Below, one piece after another: positions 15,386 through 34,285 of a stretch of 64,000 nt of DNA (position 1 is the first letter of the stretch; each line of letters begins with the position of its first letter). The stretch is from Eledone cirrhosa. Lineage: Eukaryota. The stretch is from NCBI GenBank assembly GCA_964016885.1, contig OZ024741.1, positions 368,776,001-368,840,000 of the forward strand, read 5' to 3'. A program made the translations under genes and the position numbers. Below the pieces are notes generated by a model. It was given only the letters and a program-made list of their open reading frames with translations. It did no database searches and was not told the DNA's origin.

Positions 15386-16126
15386 ATCTCCATGTGTCTA
15401 ACACACGTGGACAAGCCTACAAGATAAGAAAACAGCACAGCTCCCATGACTTTCGCAGACATTTTTTCATGCTCAGAGTTGCTGAAGCATGGAACAAACT
15501 GCCTGCGTCAATTGTTAGCTGCCGAGACACTGCATCCTTTAAGACACTCATGCTTCCCGAAATACGCCAAAACTACACCTGATGTACCCCTTCCATACAC
15601 ATGCACACACGTGTGTATCATGACTCGTGCACTGTTCATTTTACTGATGTTTGTGCATTGCCCTATGTACTGTACATGCACTTTTTTGATGAATTGTGGT
15701 GCACCTGGGCACTTTACACAATATTTCATTATTGTTATTGTTATTATATCATGACTCATACACTGTTTATTTTCCTGACATTTGTACATTATTCTATGTA
15801 CTATACATGCACCTTTGATGAGTTGTAGTGCACCTGAGCACTGTACACAATATTTCATTATTGTTATTGTTATTATATCATGACTCATACACTGTTTATT
15901 TTCCTGACATTTGTACATTATTCTATGTACTATACATGCACCTTTGATGAATTGTGGTGCACCTGGGCACTTTACACAATATTTCATTATTGTTATTGTT
16001 ATTATATCATGACTCATACACTGTTTATTTTCCTGACATTTGTACATTATTCTATGTACTATACATGCACCTTTGATGAGTTGTAGTGCACCTGAGCACT
16101 GTACACAATAATTTCATTATTATTAT
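15386..16126 (+). mobile_element. 3' end of a second CR1-group LINE with a tandemly amplified terminus
   Basis: Encodes [32 protein letters not shown], the typical CR1 ORF2 C-terminus (stop at 15582). The 3'UTR ends in (TAT)n. Confidence 0.8.
15616..16126 (+). repeat. ~129-bp tandem repeat x4 (ABAB variants)
   Basis: ATGACTC recurs at 15620, 15751, 15880 and 16009. Confidence 0.95.
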
Positions 16127-16590
16127 ATATATATACATATATATATATACATACATATATATATACATATATATATTATATACATATATACATACATACA
16201 TATATATACATACGTACATATATATATACATATATATATATATACACATATATATACATACATACATACATATATATATATATACATATATATATATACA
16301 TACATACATATATATATACATATATACATACATACATACATATATATATATATACATATATATATATACATACATATATATATATATACATATATATATA
16401 TACATACATACATATATATATACATATATATACATACATACATATATATATACATATATATACATACATACATATATATATACATATATATACATACATA
16501 CATATATATATATATACATATATATACATACATACATATATATATACATATATATATATATACATACATATATATATACATATCATTGCT

Positions 16591-16653
16591 ATTACGTGGA
16601 CCAATCATAAAACAGCCCCCACGCATCACCAGTATTATTACGCGGACCAATCA
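16591..16653 (+). promoter_or_regulatory. Duplicated CCAAT-containing motif at the RTE-A 5' end (candidate internal promoter)
   Basis: ATTACGTGGACCAATCA (16591-16607) and ATTACGCGGACCAATCA (16637-16653). Confidence 0.4.
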
Positions 16654-16784
16654 GAAACCAGAGGCCTATACTATCGTTTGCCTGGTTGCCTTTCGATATA
16701 CGATATACGATATATGATGGATGGATGGACTGCGGAATCCTGGAGAGTGGAGGTGAGAGAGAAAAATCTGGACGCTCAGCGACA

Positions 16785-19700
16785 ATGCCAAAGATAAAGA
16801 CAAATTCACCCCTTGGGCAAGAATGCGAGCACTCCTCATTGTTTCGACCGCGGACGGCTAACATAACCCCATCGCCCCCCGCCCCTCACCGCCCCCAACC
16901 CCCAAACGCAATCCAAAACTTCAGAGTTGGTACCATAAATGTAGGCACCCTAAAGGGTCGCGCTAACGAGGTTGTAGAAATGCTTGAACGTAAGGAGGTC
17001 GATGTTTGTTGTATTCAAGAGACCAGGTGGAGGGGTGGGTCTGCTAGGTTCATTGAGGGTAAAAAACGTTGTTATAAGCTTTTCTGGGTGGGAAACGACG
17101 ATGGGCTGGGTGGAGTAGGAATCATGGTAGCAGAAAAGTGGGCAGATAAGATAATAGACGTAAATAGAGTGAACGACAGAATAATTAAAATACGACTTGT
17201 CCTCAATAGAACTACGGTGACAGTAATATCTGCGTACGCACCCCAATCCGGACTGCCCGGCACTATAAAAGACAGATTCTATGAGACACTGATGCTAACT
17301 ACCTCCCAAATATCCGACAGTGACTATATAATTATCGCAGGCGACCTAAATGGTCACGTTGGACAACATTGTGACGGCTACGACGAAATCCATGGAGGCT
17401 ATGGGTTTGGTACTAGAAATGAGGAAGGCTCCAGAATCCTGGAATTCTGTGATGCAAATAACCTAACTATCTGTAACACTAACTTCAAAAAACGTGACAA
17501 TCACCTGATCACCTATAGATCCGGGGAACACACAAGCCAGGTAGATTATATCCTTACCAGAAGACGTGACAGAGTGTCTGTTGTTAACACTAAATCCCTC
17601 CCCCATGAAGAATGCACCTCCCAACATAGACTGATAATTAGCGACCTCATAGTCAGGACGAGACGTACTCGACAACAGAAGAGGACTATCCTCAGGAGGA
17701 AAATATGGAAGCTAAAGGACCCCACAGCCAGGAATAAATTTCAAAGCATATTACTTGATGCTTTCGACAGTAAGGAAGAACATTTAGAGTCGGACAATAT
17801 AGAGGGAGAGTGGGAATTTCTGAAAGCAAACCTGCTGTTGGCGACAGACGAGGTCTGTGGCTGGAGCAGGCCTGTAGGCAGGAGGAGAGTAACATGGTGG
17901 TGGAACAGTAAGGTGGAGGGGTCAATTAAGGCCAAAAAGCAGGCTTGGAAAGTATGGCGGGATGGGGGAAGTAGAGAGGACTATCAAGTGGCCAGGAGGG
18001 AAGCTAGGAGACAAGTGTACTTAGCAAGAAGGGAAGCTGAGGAAAGAAAGTTCAAGCATGTTCTACAACGCGATGACCAAAAACGTGAGGTGTTCAGGAT
18101 TGCTAGGCAATGCGTCAAGGAAAACCGTGATATTGTCGGGGAGAAGTGTGTACTAAACGACGATGGCACACTTGCCATCACCGACGCTGATAAGAAGGTA
18201 GCTTGGAAGTGTCACTATGAAAGGCTTCTAAATGAGGAGAATAATTGGGAGAAAGGCAGTCTCCCCCATATCGACCCAATAGAGGGACCAGCAGTGTTAG
18301 TCGAGGGGAGTATAATAAGTAAGGCAATCAAGGATATGAAGACTGGTAAGGCGGCTGGGCCTTCGGAAATAGTTGCTGAGATGCTGAAGGCATCTGGCAC
18401 GGTAGGACACACCATGGTCACCCGCATAGTTAACCAAGTCGTACAGAATGGGGTTGTTCCGAAGGACTGGCATAGCAGCATCATCGTTAACTGTTATAAG
18501 GGTAAAGGAGACGCCCTAGATAGGAGTAACTATAGAGGCATTAAATTAATCGACCAGGTCATGAAGGTCACGGAAAGAGTAATAGCGCAACTAATCAGAG
18601 AGAGAATTGACCTAGATGAAATGCAGTTCGGGTTTGTGTCAGGCAAAAGTACCACAGACGCTCTTTTCATAGTACGACAACTACAGGAGAAGTACCTAGC
18701 TAAAGGTAAACCCCTCTACTTAGCTTTTGTCGACTTGGAGAAAGCCTTCGACAGAGTCCCCCGCTCCATTATCTGGTGGGCTCTTAGAAAACTAGGCGTT
18801 GACGAATGGCTTGTGAGGGCTATACAAGCCATGTATAAAGAAACAGTCAGCAAGGTTAGAATTAACAACGAATATAGTGAAGAGTTTAGCGTAAAAGTTG
18901 GCGTCCATCAGGGCTCTGTTCTCAGTCCACTACTATTTATTATTGCCCTTCAGGCTATAACAGAGGAGTTCAAGACAGGCTGCCCATGGGAACTCCTATA
19001 CGCAGACGACCTGACACTCATAGCGGAATCAATGGCCGAGCTAGAGAAGAAATTCCAAACATGGAAGCACGGCCTAGAGTCAAAAGGACTTAAAATTAAC
19101 CTGGCTAAGACCAAAGTACTAGTTTGTAGGAAAGAAAACAAGGCGGCGGTCCCTTCTGGGAAATGGTCGTGCTCGGTGTGTAGGAAAGGCGTAGGTAGAA
19201 ACTCCATTTTATGTCCTAAATGCAAAGTATGGGTGCATAAAAGATGTAGTGGGATCACAGGTAAGCTAACTAAGAACATAGATTTTACATGTGGCCGGTG
19301 CTCTGGTGCAATAAGTAGCAGCAAGTGCCCACAAACTACTAGCTCTTTCAATTGCGCAGAGGGTTCTATAGAAATAGTGGACAGCTTCCGTTACCTGGGC
19401 GATAAAATCAGCAGTGGGGGAGGGTGCTCTGAAAGTACTGTAGCTAGAGTCAGAACTGGTTGGAAAAAGTTCAGAGAGCTTATACCACTATTAGCTGCTA
19501 AAGGGTTCTCACTAAAAATGAAAGGCAGGTTGTACGATGCCTGCATACGAACAGCAATGCTGCATGGCAGTGAGACCTGGGCATTGTGTGCAGAGGATAT
19601 ACGCAGACTAGAGAGGAACGAAGCTTGCATGCTCCGCTGGATGTGTAACAGTAATATACGTGAACGGCAAAGCATAAACGAACTAAGGAAAAAATTAGAG

Positions 19701-19955
19701 ATAAGAGGGATCAGATGTTGTTTACTCGAGAGAAGGCTACGTTGGTATGGACACGTGATGCGCATGAAAGTCGATAGCTGTATAACAAAGTGCAGGGCAA
19801 TAAAGATAGACGGTAGTCACGGAATAGGCAGACCTAGAAAAACCTGGGACGAGCTGATAAACTCCGACATCACACACTTACACCTCTCCAAGACAATGTC
19901 ACTGGACCGAGACCTTTGGCGGTACTCAGTAACAGAGAAGACCCGCCTTACCTAA
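16785..19955 (+). CDS. RTE polyprotein: APE endonuclease + reverse transcriptase with an inserted PHD-like finger
   Basis: [32 protein letters not shown] (APE); [20 protein letters not shown] (RT); C4HC3 at 19170-19301. ATG at 16785 chosen as the likely start; the frame is open further upstream. Confidence 0.93.
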   Translation: MPKIKTNSPLGQECEHSSLFRPRTANITPSPPAPHRPQPPNAIQNFRVGTINVGTLKGRANEVVEMLERKEVDVCCIQETRWRGGSARFIEGKKRCYKLFWVGNDDGLGGVGIMVAEKWADKIIDVNRVNDRIIKIRLVLNRTTVTVISAYAPQSGLPGTIKDRFYETLMLTTSQISDSDYIIIAGDLNGHVGQHCDGYDEIHGGYGFGTRNEEGSRILEFCDANNLTICNTNFKKRDNHLITYRSGEHTSQVDYILTRRRDRVSVVNTKSLPHEECTSQHRLIISDLIVRTRRTRQQKRTILRRKIWKLKDPTARNKFQSILLDAFDSKEEHLESDNIEGEWEFLKANLLLATDEVCGWSRPVGRRRVTWWWNSKVEGSIKAKKQAWKVWRDGGSREDYQVARREARRQVYLARREAEERKFKHVLQRDDQKREVFRIARQCVKENRDIVGEKCVLNDDGTLAITDADKKVAWKCHYERLLNEENNWEKGSLPHIDPIEGPAVLVEGSIISKAIKDMKTGKAAGPSEIVAEMLKASGTVGHTMVTRIVNQVVQNGVVPKDWHSSIIVNCYKGKGDALDRSNYRGIKLIDQVMKVTERVIAQLIRERIDLDEMQFGFVSGKSTTDALFIVRQLQEKYLAKGKPLYLAFVDLEKAFDRVPRSIIWWALRKLGVDEWLVRAIQAMYKETVSKVRINNEYSEEFSVKVGVHQGSVLSPLLFIIALQAITEEFKTGCPWELLYADDLTLIAESMAELEKKFQTWKHGLESKGLKINLAKTKVLVCRKENKAAVPSGKWSCSVCRKGVGRNSILCPKCKVWVHKRCSGITGKLTKNIDFTCGRCSGAISSSKCPQTTSSFNCAEGSIEIVDSFRYLGDKISSGGGCSESTVARVRTGWKKFRELIPLLAAKGFSLKMKGRLYDACIRTAMLHGSETWALCAEDIRRLERNEACMLRWMCNSNIRERQSINELRKKLEIRGIRCCLLERRLRWYGHVMRMKVDSCITKCRAIKIDGSHGIGRPRKTWDELINSDITHLHLSKTMSLDRDLWRYSVTEKTRLT

Positions 19956-20722
19956 ATATATAGTAAAACCTACTCCAGCCAGTAGGCATCTCTAACAAAA
20001 TACACCCCGTCCCACCACCCCCACCCGATCCACACCACCCCGTTCTATGTAAAGTTATGTTGGTGCCGCGCCTTCGAGGCCGAAACAGATGAGATCGTGT
20101 AGGTGTCACGACAAAAAAACACACAGTCCACGCTGTAATGTGGCCGTGTAGGCAACACGGTAAAAACCTCCCAGACCCACACTGTAAATGTGGTTGGTGT
20201 TAGGAAGGGCATCCAACTGTAGAAAACCTGCCAGACAGTCCTATGCGAGCAAGACAATCACTCTTGCCTCAAGTGGGACTACCCCCGTCCAAACCCATGC
20301 AAGCGTGGAACACGGACGTTAAACGTTGATGATGATGATGATGATGATGATATATATACATACATACATATATATATAAAAATATATATATATACATACA
20401 TATATATATACATATATACATACATACATATATACATACATACATATATATATACATATATATATACATACATATATATATATACATACATAAATATATA
20501 CATATATATATACATACATACATATATATATATACATACATACATATATATATAAACATACATACATACATATATATACATACATACATGTATATATACA
20601 TATATATATATACAGATATATATATATACATATATATATACATACATACATATACATACATACATATATATATACATACATACATATACATATACATACA
20701 TACATATATACATACATATATA

Positions 20723-23700
20723 TTAGATGTAAATTGATACATCTAACGGAATCGAGTGATACTACAAATACAGCCCTTGTAGACAACCACCCCACCTCCA
20801 CTGACAGACAAAGGGAATGGCCAGCTAAATCTAACAGTGAACAGCTCACCAACAATTTGGCTGAAATTCATCCCACTTCCACTGAAGAACAGCGAGAAAG
20901 GTCAGCTGACTCTAGTAGTAATTGTCACCACATCAACAACGAGGCTGAAATTCATGACTCTACTGAACAAACAGAGCACCAAAAACTTGTGGGCTCCCTA
21001 CAAGTGATATGGAATGATATGTTTCAAGAGATACACAGCCTTAATGTGAGTGACAGACCATACAACACTAGAGTCAGTAAAGAACCCACTAAATTGGAAT
21101 TGGAAGCGGTGAACGAAATAGCTGGCAATTATCTGAAGGCTATACGATCTAAAGGTGTAGAAACGACATTTGAAACGCTTAATGTTTTGTTATATGTTTC
21201 AGCTGTCACATTGCTAGCATATAACACACATCTAAAACCACGCAATCAAGATACAAACAGAAAGCCTGAACCAGCGTGGATGCGAAATTTAAAAACCAAA
21301 ATTTTGTCCCTGAGACGAAGTATCTCACACATCGCAGTCGTTATGAAATGCAACATAGAGAGCAACTTCACACAACACCAGGAAGACCTAAAGAAAAAGT
21401 TAGAGAGAAGATTTGGAGATACAAAATTTAAAACTTTGAACTCCAAATTACACCAGTTGAAACAACAACTCACAGCTACAACAGAAAGACTAAAATATAA
21501 GTCAACAGCACATAAACGACAAGTGCTAAATAGATTGTTTGCCAGAGATCCTAAATCAGTTTATCGCAGCTTCGGTGGCAAAAGCTCAATCTCTGTAAAT
21601 GACACCCCTTCAAAAGAACAGGTTGAGAGCTACTGGAGATCTGTATGGGAAACGGATGACGGATTCAACAGACAAGCTAATTGGCTAAAAGAACTGGAAC
21701 AGGACTACTGCCAACATGTCCAGACAAAACAATATGACATAGATGGGTCAATACTGGAAACAGCTCTACAGAAAATGTCGAATAGGAAATCGCCAGGCCC
21801 AGACCTCATTACAGGATACTGGTTGAAGAATTTCACTTTCTATCGGCAAGATCTCATACGGCTGTTTACAGAAACCATTAAGGGCACACAAGAACTGCCC
21901 AGATGGTTATCAACTGCCTCTACTCTCCTCATTCCCAAAAATAGCCAAACCACCCTTGCTAAAAATTACCGCCCAATTGCCTGCCAAAACATCATGTATA
22001 AATTATATACTGGGTGCCTTAACCTGTTCTTACAGGATCACTGTGCTACCAACAACATCATAACACCTGAGCAAGCTGGTGGAAAGAGGGAGGTGTGGGG
22101 TTGCATAGATCACCTACTAACTAACAAAATGATTCAGGAAAAAACAACAAAGAATCGCAGAAACATGACTGTCGTGTGGCTGGACTATCAAAAAGCATTT
22201 GATAGTGTACCTCATGGGTGGATTGTTAAGGCTTTACAGTTAGCTAAAGTCCCACAACCATTGGTAGCTGCTGTTGAACGCCTGACCAAGAACTGGTACA
22301 CCAGTTTGATCCTTAGAGGTGAGAAGGAGCAGGTTAAGACTGATAAGATACATTACCAGAAGGGCATCTTTCAGGGTGATAGCTTGTCAGTGCTACTCTT
22401 CGTTCTCTCACTGAATCCACTATCTTACCTACTCAGGAAACAAGGTCGACAAAGAAGTGGGACCAGAAGTATCTCCCATCTTTTCTTTGTTGATGACCTG
22501 AAGTTGTATGGGCCAAATATCAATGACATCAAGAAACAATTGGACCTCATTACACAATTTTCAACCGACATCAAAATGAAATTTGGTGAGTCCAAGTGTG
22601 CATATTTGGCAGTAAAACGTGGAAGAGCTGTGCCCTCCTCTAGAAATCTAGAGATGAACGGCCTGACAATACAACCTCTGCAGTCAGGTGACAACTACAG
22701 ATATCTTGGACAGGATGAGAATGTCAGATATGATGGACCCATAAATAAGGAGAGAACCAGAACTGAATACCTCAGAAGAGTAAAGAAAATATGGTCATCA
22801 GAACTGTCAGCATACAACAAATACATTGCCCACAATACTTATGCTGTGCCAATTCTAAAGCCAACATTTAGCCTACTGAACTGGTCATTGCAAGAACTAA
22901 GTGAGATGGATGTTAGAACTCGAAAACTTCTCAGTGTTACTGGGAACTTTAACATCAATGGTGATGTGGATAGGCTATACTTCTCACGCAAGGAAGGTGG
23001 CCGGGGTCTAAAATCAATATTAACAACATATGAGACCCGGATAGTGACACTGAAGCAACACCTTCAACAGAGGAAAAAGGTTGGCAACCATCTTGCCCAG
23101 GTTTATGACCATGAAAAAAGAAATATCATTAGAATAGCGACTGATCTGGAGGAGAGATATGGAATAAAGCCCGATATAAATCTCTCACCCAGAGAAATCG
23201 GAAGATCCTATTCAATGTTCAAACAAGAAAAAAAAATTGACCAATTTACAGAAAAAGTTGTGCATGGATACTTGAGGCGTAAAACACAGACCATAGAGGG
23301 ATAAACCACTCAAAAAGCCTGGCATGGAGTTCCGACAAGTTTATGACATCACACCTTGAGGGATATCTCTATGCAATACAGGAACAAGAACTCCCTACCA
23401 AATATCTGCTGCACAAAAGAGGAGGGCCAGCAGCTGACAATAAATGTAGGCTATGTAAAACAAAGATCGAGGATGTAAGCCACATTGTTGCCAGCTGCGA
23501 AAGAATGTCATCTCGCTACTACCTCCCCATGAGACACGATGGGATAGCTAGAACCATCTGGAACGCACTTCGGAAAACAAAATCAACAAAAAACGAGGAA
23601 GAATATATTGAGACAGATGGCACTAAGGAATACTGGTGGAACCTGAAAATAAAAACTGCCACCAAATTAAAGCACAACCGGCCTGATATTGTAGTTTGGG

Positions 23701-24098
23701 ACCACACATTGAAAACGTGTTCTGTTGTGGAGATCAGCTGCCCACTTGATGTAAACGTTGTCAGAAAAATACAGGAGAAGGAGGACATCTACGGACCATT
23801 GATGAGGAGTTTACAAATCCAGTATCCAAGATACACCTTTAGCTTCATACCCATCATTATTGGTGCTACGGGTTATATACCAACCCGCTTGGACCAAAGT
23901 ATGACTGAACTTGGATTTGCGGACAAAAAGCGCAGCTCCCTAATTCATAGTCTACAAATGGCTGCGATAGCTGGCACCTTCAAAATTTGCAAAACATTCT
24001 TGCGATTCAAGGGATGACAATTTCTTTTCTTTTACAACCTTGCCACCAGGTAGGTGGCCGGTCAAAAAATATACTCAAAATTAAGAGAAAGAGAAAAC
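20723..24098 (+). mobile_element. R4/Dong-type RLE non-LTR retrotransposon, 5'-truncated, one frameshift near 23300
   Basis: ORF 20734-23304 has [41 protein letters not shown] and R.EGGRGL. ORF 23343-24017 has CRLC..H...C, RHD and NRPDIVVWD..VVEISCP..K. Confidence 0.9.
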
Positions 24099-24306
24099 AT
24101 ATATATACAGATATATATATATACATACATATATACATACATACATATATACATATATACATACATATATACATACATACATATATACATATATACATAC
24201 ATATATACATACATACATATATACATATATAAATACAGATATATATACATATATATATATATATACATATATATATACATATATATATATACATATATAT
24301 ATATAC

Positions 24307-24343
<37 letters not shown>

Positions 24344-24983
24344 CATAGATATATACATATATATATATACATATATATATACATATATATATATACATAT
24401 ATACATATACATATATATATGTATACATATATACATATACATATGTATACATATATACATATACATATACATATACATATATATATATACATATATATAT
24501 ATACATATATATATATACATACATATATATATATACATATATATATATACATATACATATACATATATATATACATATATACATACATATATATATACAT
24601 ATATACATACATATATATATACATATATATTTTGAGAATAATACCTTAACATCAATATGAGTGGCCAGCTACAGCTGGTTTGAACAGAAAGAGTTCAGAG
24701 AATTCTAGCCAGAATGGCCGGTTTACATGCTATATATATACATATATATATATATACGTATATATATATACATATATATATACGTATATACATATATATA
24801 TATATATACGTATATATATATACATATATATATACGTATATACATATATATATATACGTATATATATATACATATATATACATACATATATATACGTATA
24901 TATATATATACATATATATACGTATATATATATACATATATATACGTATATATATATACATATATATATACGTATATATATAT
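24099..24983. repeat. (TA)n arrays with a 100-bp island at 24631-24730; CGTA variant at 24731-24983
   Basis: Directly visible. Confidence 0.95.
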
Positions 24984-25149
24984 ACTTACACCTCTCCAAG
25001 ACAATGTCACTGGACCGAGACCTTTGGCGGTACTCAGTAACAGAGAAGACCCGCCTTGCCAGTAGGCATCTCTAACAAAATACACCCCGTCCCGCCACCA
25101 CCCCCACCCCATCCACACCACCCCGTTCTATGTAAAGTTATGTTGGTGC
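24984..25149 (+). mobile_element. RTE-A fragment truncated at both ends (same ~31 bp deletion variant as 3992)
   Basis: Encodes [24 protein letters not shown], reads ACCCGCCTTGCCAGTAGG, and stops at TTGGTGC. Confidence 0.9.
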
Positions 25150-25482
25150 ATATATATGTATATGATGTATATATATGTATATATATGTATGTATGTATAT
25201 ACATACATACATACATACATATATATATATACATATATATACATATACATACATATACATATACATACATATACATACATATATATATACATATACATAC
25301 ATATATATACATATACATACATATATATACATATACATACATATATATACATATACATACATATATATACATATACATACATATATATACATATACATAC
25401 ATACATATACATATACATACATATATATATATACATACATATATATATATATACATACATATATATATACATACATATATAT

Positions 25483-25521
<39 letters not shown>

Positions 25522-26206
25522 CATATATATATATATACATATACATATATATACATATATATATATACATATATATATATACATATATATATATACATAT
25601 ATATATATACATATATATATATACATATATATATATACATATATACATATACATATATACATATACATATATACATATACATATATACATATATATATAT
25701 ACATATATATATATACATATATATATATACATATATATATATACATATATATATATACATATATATATATACATATATATATATACATATATATATATAC
25801 ATATATATATATACATATATATATATACATATATATATATACATATATATATATACATATATATATATACATATATATATATATACATATATATATACAT
25901 ATATATATATACATATATATATATACATATATACATATATATATATACATATATATATATACATATATATATATACATATATATATATATACATATATAT
26001 ACATATATATACATATACATATATATATACATATACATATATATATACATATACATATATATATACATATACATATATACATATACATATATATATATAT
26101 ACATATACATATATATATACATATATATATACATATATATACATATACATATATACATATACATATATATATACATATATATATATACATATACATATAT
26201 ATATAC

Positions 26207-26237
<31 letters not shown>

Positions 26238-26244
26238 CATATAC

Positions 26245-26276
<32 letters not shown>

Positions 26277-26988
26277 ATACATATATATATACATACATAT
26301 ATATATATACATACATATATATATATACATACATATATACATACATATATATATATACATATATATATACATATATATATACATATATATATACATATAT
26401 ATATACATATATATATACATATATATATACATACATATATATATACATACATATATATATACATACATATATATATACATACATATATATATACATACAT
26501 ACATATATATATACATACATATATATATACATACATATATATATACATACATATATATATACATACATATATATATACATACATATATATATACATACAT
26601 ATATATATACATACATATATATATACATACATATATATATATACATACATATATATATATACATACATATATATATACATATATATATACATACATATAT
26701 ACATACATACATATATATATACATACATATATACATACATACATATATATATACATACATATATACATACATACATATATATATACATACATATATATAT
26801 ACATACATATATACATACATACATATATATATACATACATATATACATACATACATATATATATATACATACATACATACATACATATATATACATACAT
26901 ATATACATATATATATACATACATACATACATATATATATACATACATACATACATATATATATACATACATACATACATATATATAC

Positions 26989-27019
<31 letters not shown>

Positions 27020-27035
27020 CATATATACATACATA

Positions 27036-27081
<46 letters not shown>

Positions 27082-27123
27082 CATATATATACATACATAC
27101 ATATATATATATATACATACATA

Positions 27124-27155
<32 letters not shown>

Positions 27156-27201
27156 CATATATATATATATACATACATACATATATATATATACATACAT
27201 A

Positions 27202-27233
<32 letters not shown>

Positions 27234-27446
27234 CATATATATATATACATACATACATATACATACATACATATATATATATACATACATATATATATAC
27301 ATACATATATATATACATACATACATATATACATACATATATATATACATACATATATACATACATATATACATACATATATATATACATATATATACAT
27401 ATATATATACATATATACATACATATATATATACATATATATATAC

Positions 27447-27481
<35 letters not shown>

Positions 27482-27500
27482 CATATATATATACATAATA
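25150..27500. repeat. (TA)n/(TACA)n array
   Basis: Directly visible. Confidence 0.97.
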
Positions 27501-27680
27501 TAAGATCAAAAGATGGTTAAAGGAGTTCCATGTATTTTATTATGCGCATTTCAAAAACAAACATCATCATGCAATAATATTTGTGTTTTCATCAGATAAA
27601 ACAGGACATGATATGAAGGCTAAAAAACACTTGTGGATAGTGCAGTTTTAAATCAACATATGTTGATTTAAAGGGTATAT

Positions 27681-29480
27681 ACTGTTATAAGGGTAAAGGA
27701 GATGCCCTAGATAGGAGTAACTATAGAGGCATTAAATTAATCGACCAGGTCATGAAGGTCACGGAAAAAGTAATAGCGCAACTAATCAGAGAGAGAATTG
27801 ATCTAGATGAAATGCAGTTCGGGTTTGTGTCAGGCAAAAGTACCACAGACGCTCTTTTCATTGTACGACAACTACAGGAGAAGTACCTAGCTAAAAGTAA
27901 ACCCGTATACTTAGTTTTCGTCGACTTGGAGAAAGCCTTCGACAGAGTCCCCCGTTCCATTATCTGGTGGTCTCTTAGAAAACTAGGTGTTGACGAATGG
28001 CTTGTGAGAGCTATACAAGCCATGTATAAAGAAACAGTCAGTAAGGTTAGAATTAACAACGAATATAGTGAAGAGTTTAGCGTAAAAGTTGGTGTCCATC
28101 AGGGCTCTGTTCTCAGCCCCCTACTATTTATTATTGCCCTTCAGGCTATAACAGAGGAGTTCAAGACCGGCTGCCCATGGGAACTCCTATACGCAGATGA
28201 TCTAACGCTCATGACCGAACTAGAGAAGAAGTTCCAAACATGGAAGCACGGCCTAGAATCAAAAGGCCTTAAAATTAACCTGGCTAAGACTAAAGTTCTA
28301 GTTTGTAGGAAAGAAAATAAGGCGGCGGTCCCATCTGGGAAATGGCCATGCTCAGTGTGTAGGAAAGGCGTAGGTAGAAACTCCATTTTATGTCCCAAAT
28401 GCAAAGTATGGGTGCATAAAAGATGTAGTGGAATCACAGGTAAGCTAACTAAGAACATAGATTTTACATGTGGCCGGTGCTCTGGTGCAATAAGTAGCAG
28501 CAAGTGCCCACAAAATACTAGCTCCTTCAACTGCGCAGAGGGTTCTATAGAAATAGTGGACAGCTTCCGTTACCTGGGTGACAAAATCAGCAGTGGGGGA
28601 GGGTGCTCTGAAAGTACAGTAGCTAGAGTCAGAACTGGATGGAAAAAGTTCAGAGAGCTTATACCACTATTAGCCGCTAGAGGGTTCTCCCTAAAAATGA
28701 AAGGCAGGTTATACGATGCCTGCATACGAACAGCAATGCTGCATGGCAGTGAGACCTGGGCATTGTGTGCAGAGGATATACGCAGACTAGAGAGGAACGA
28801 AGCTTGCATGCTCCGCTGGATGTGCAATAGTAATATACGTGAACGGCAAAGCATAAACGAACTAAGGAAAAAATTAGAAATAAGAGGGATCAGATGTTGT
28901 TTACTCGAGAGAAGGCTACGTTGGTACGGTCACGTGACGCGCATGAAAGACGACAGCTGTATAACAAAGTGCAGGGCAATAAAGATAGACAGTAGCCACG
29001 GAGTAGGCAGACCCAGAAAAACATGGGACGAGCTGATAAATTCCGACCTCACACGCTTACACCTCTCCAAGACAATGTCACTGGACCGAGACCTTTGGCG
29101 GTACTCAGTAATAGAGAAGACCCGCCTTACCTAAATACAAAGTAAAAACCTACTACAGTCAGTAGGCATCTCTATCAAAACACACCCCCGTCCCACCACC
29201 TCCACCCCATCCACACCGCCCCTTCAATGTAAAGTTATGTTGGTCCCACAACATCCAGGCCGAAACAAATGAGATCGTGTAGGTGTCACGACAAAAAAAA
29301 CACAGTCCACGCTGTAAATGTGGCCGTGTAGGCAACACGGTAAAAACCTCCCAGCCCCACACTGTAAATGTGGTTGGTGTTAGGAAGGGCATCCAACTGT
29401 AGAAAACCTGCCAGACAGTCCTATGCGAGCAAGACAATCACTCTTGCCTCAAGTGGGACTACCCCCGTCCAAACCCATGC
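27681..29480 (+). mobile_element. RTE-A LINE (more diverged copy), 5'-truncated and lacking the last ~25 bp and tail
   Basis: ORF 27752-29134 with RT motifs and an in-frame loss of IAES after YADD. The 3'UTR stops at AAACCCATGC. Confidence 0.92.
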
Positions 29481-34244
<4,764 letters not shown>

Positions 34245-34285
34245 GATGGCTGCCCCCTCGTTATCGAGTATGGCCATTGCACAAG
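34245..34285 (-). mobile_element. 41-bp terminal fragment related to the end of the bipartite RTE element
   Basis: GATGGCTGCCCCCTCGTTATCGAGTATGGCCA resembles GGTGGCTGCCAACTCGTTTTCGAGTACGGCCA at 5398. The CTCG-N4-CGAG hairpin is conserved. Confidence 0.55.

Larger units (their letters stand above)
16583..20351 (+). mobile_element. RTE-A LINE, apparently full length and potentially active
   Basis: ~200 bp 5'UTR, one intact APE-RT ORF, ~390 bp 3'UTR and a (GAT)n tail. Flanked by (TA)n on both sides. Confidence 0.93.

Noticed and set aside
15616-16126. CRISPR-like array
   Set aside because: No unique spacers; whole units repeat, and the context is a eukaryotic LINE 3'UTR.
11281-19765. Recurrent antisense ORFs (e.g. 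MKELVVCGH.., MRITCPYQR..) in several places
   Set aside because: They recur only because the RTE copies are near-identical; they are shadows of the RT frame.
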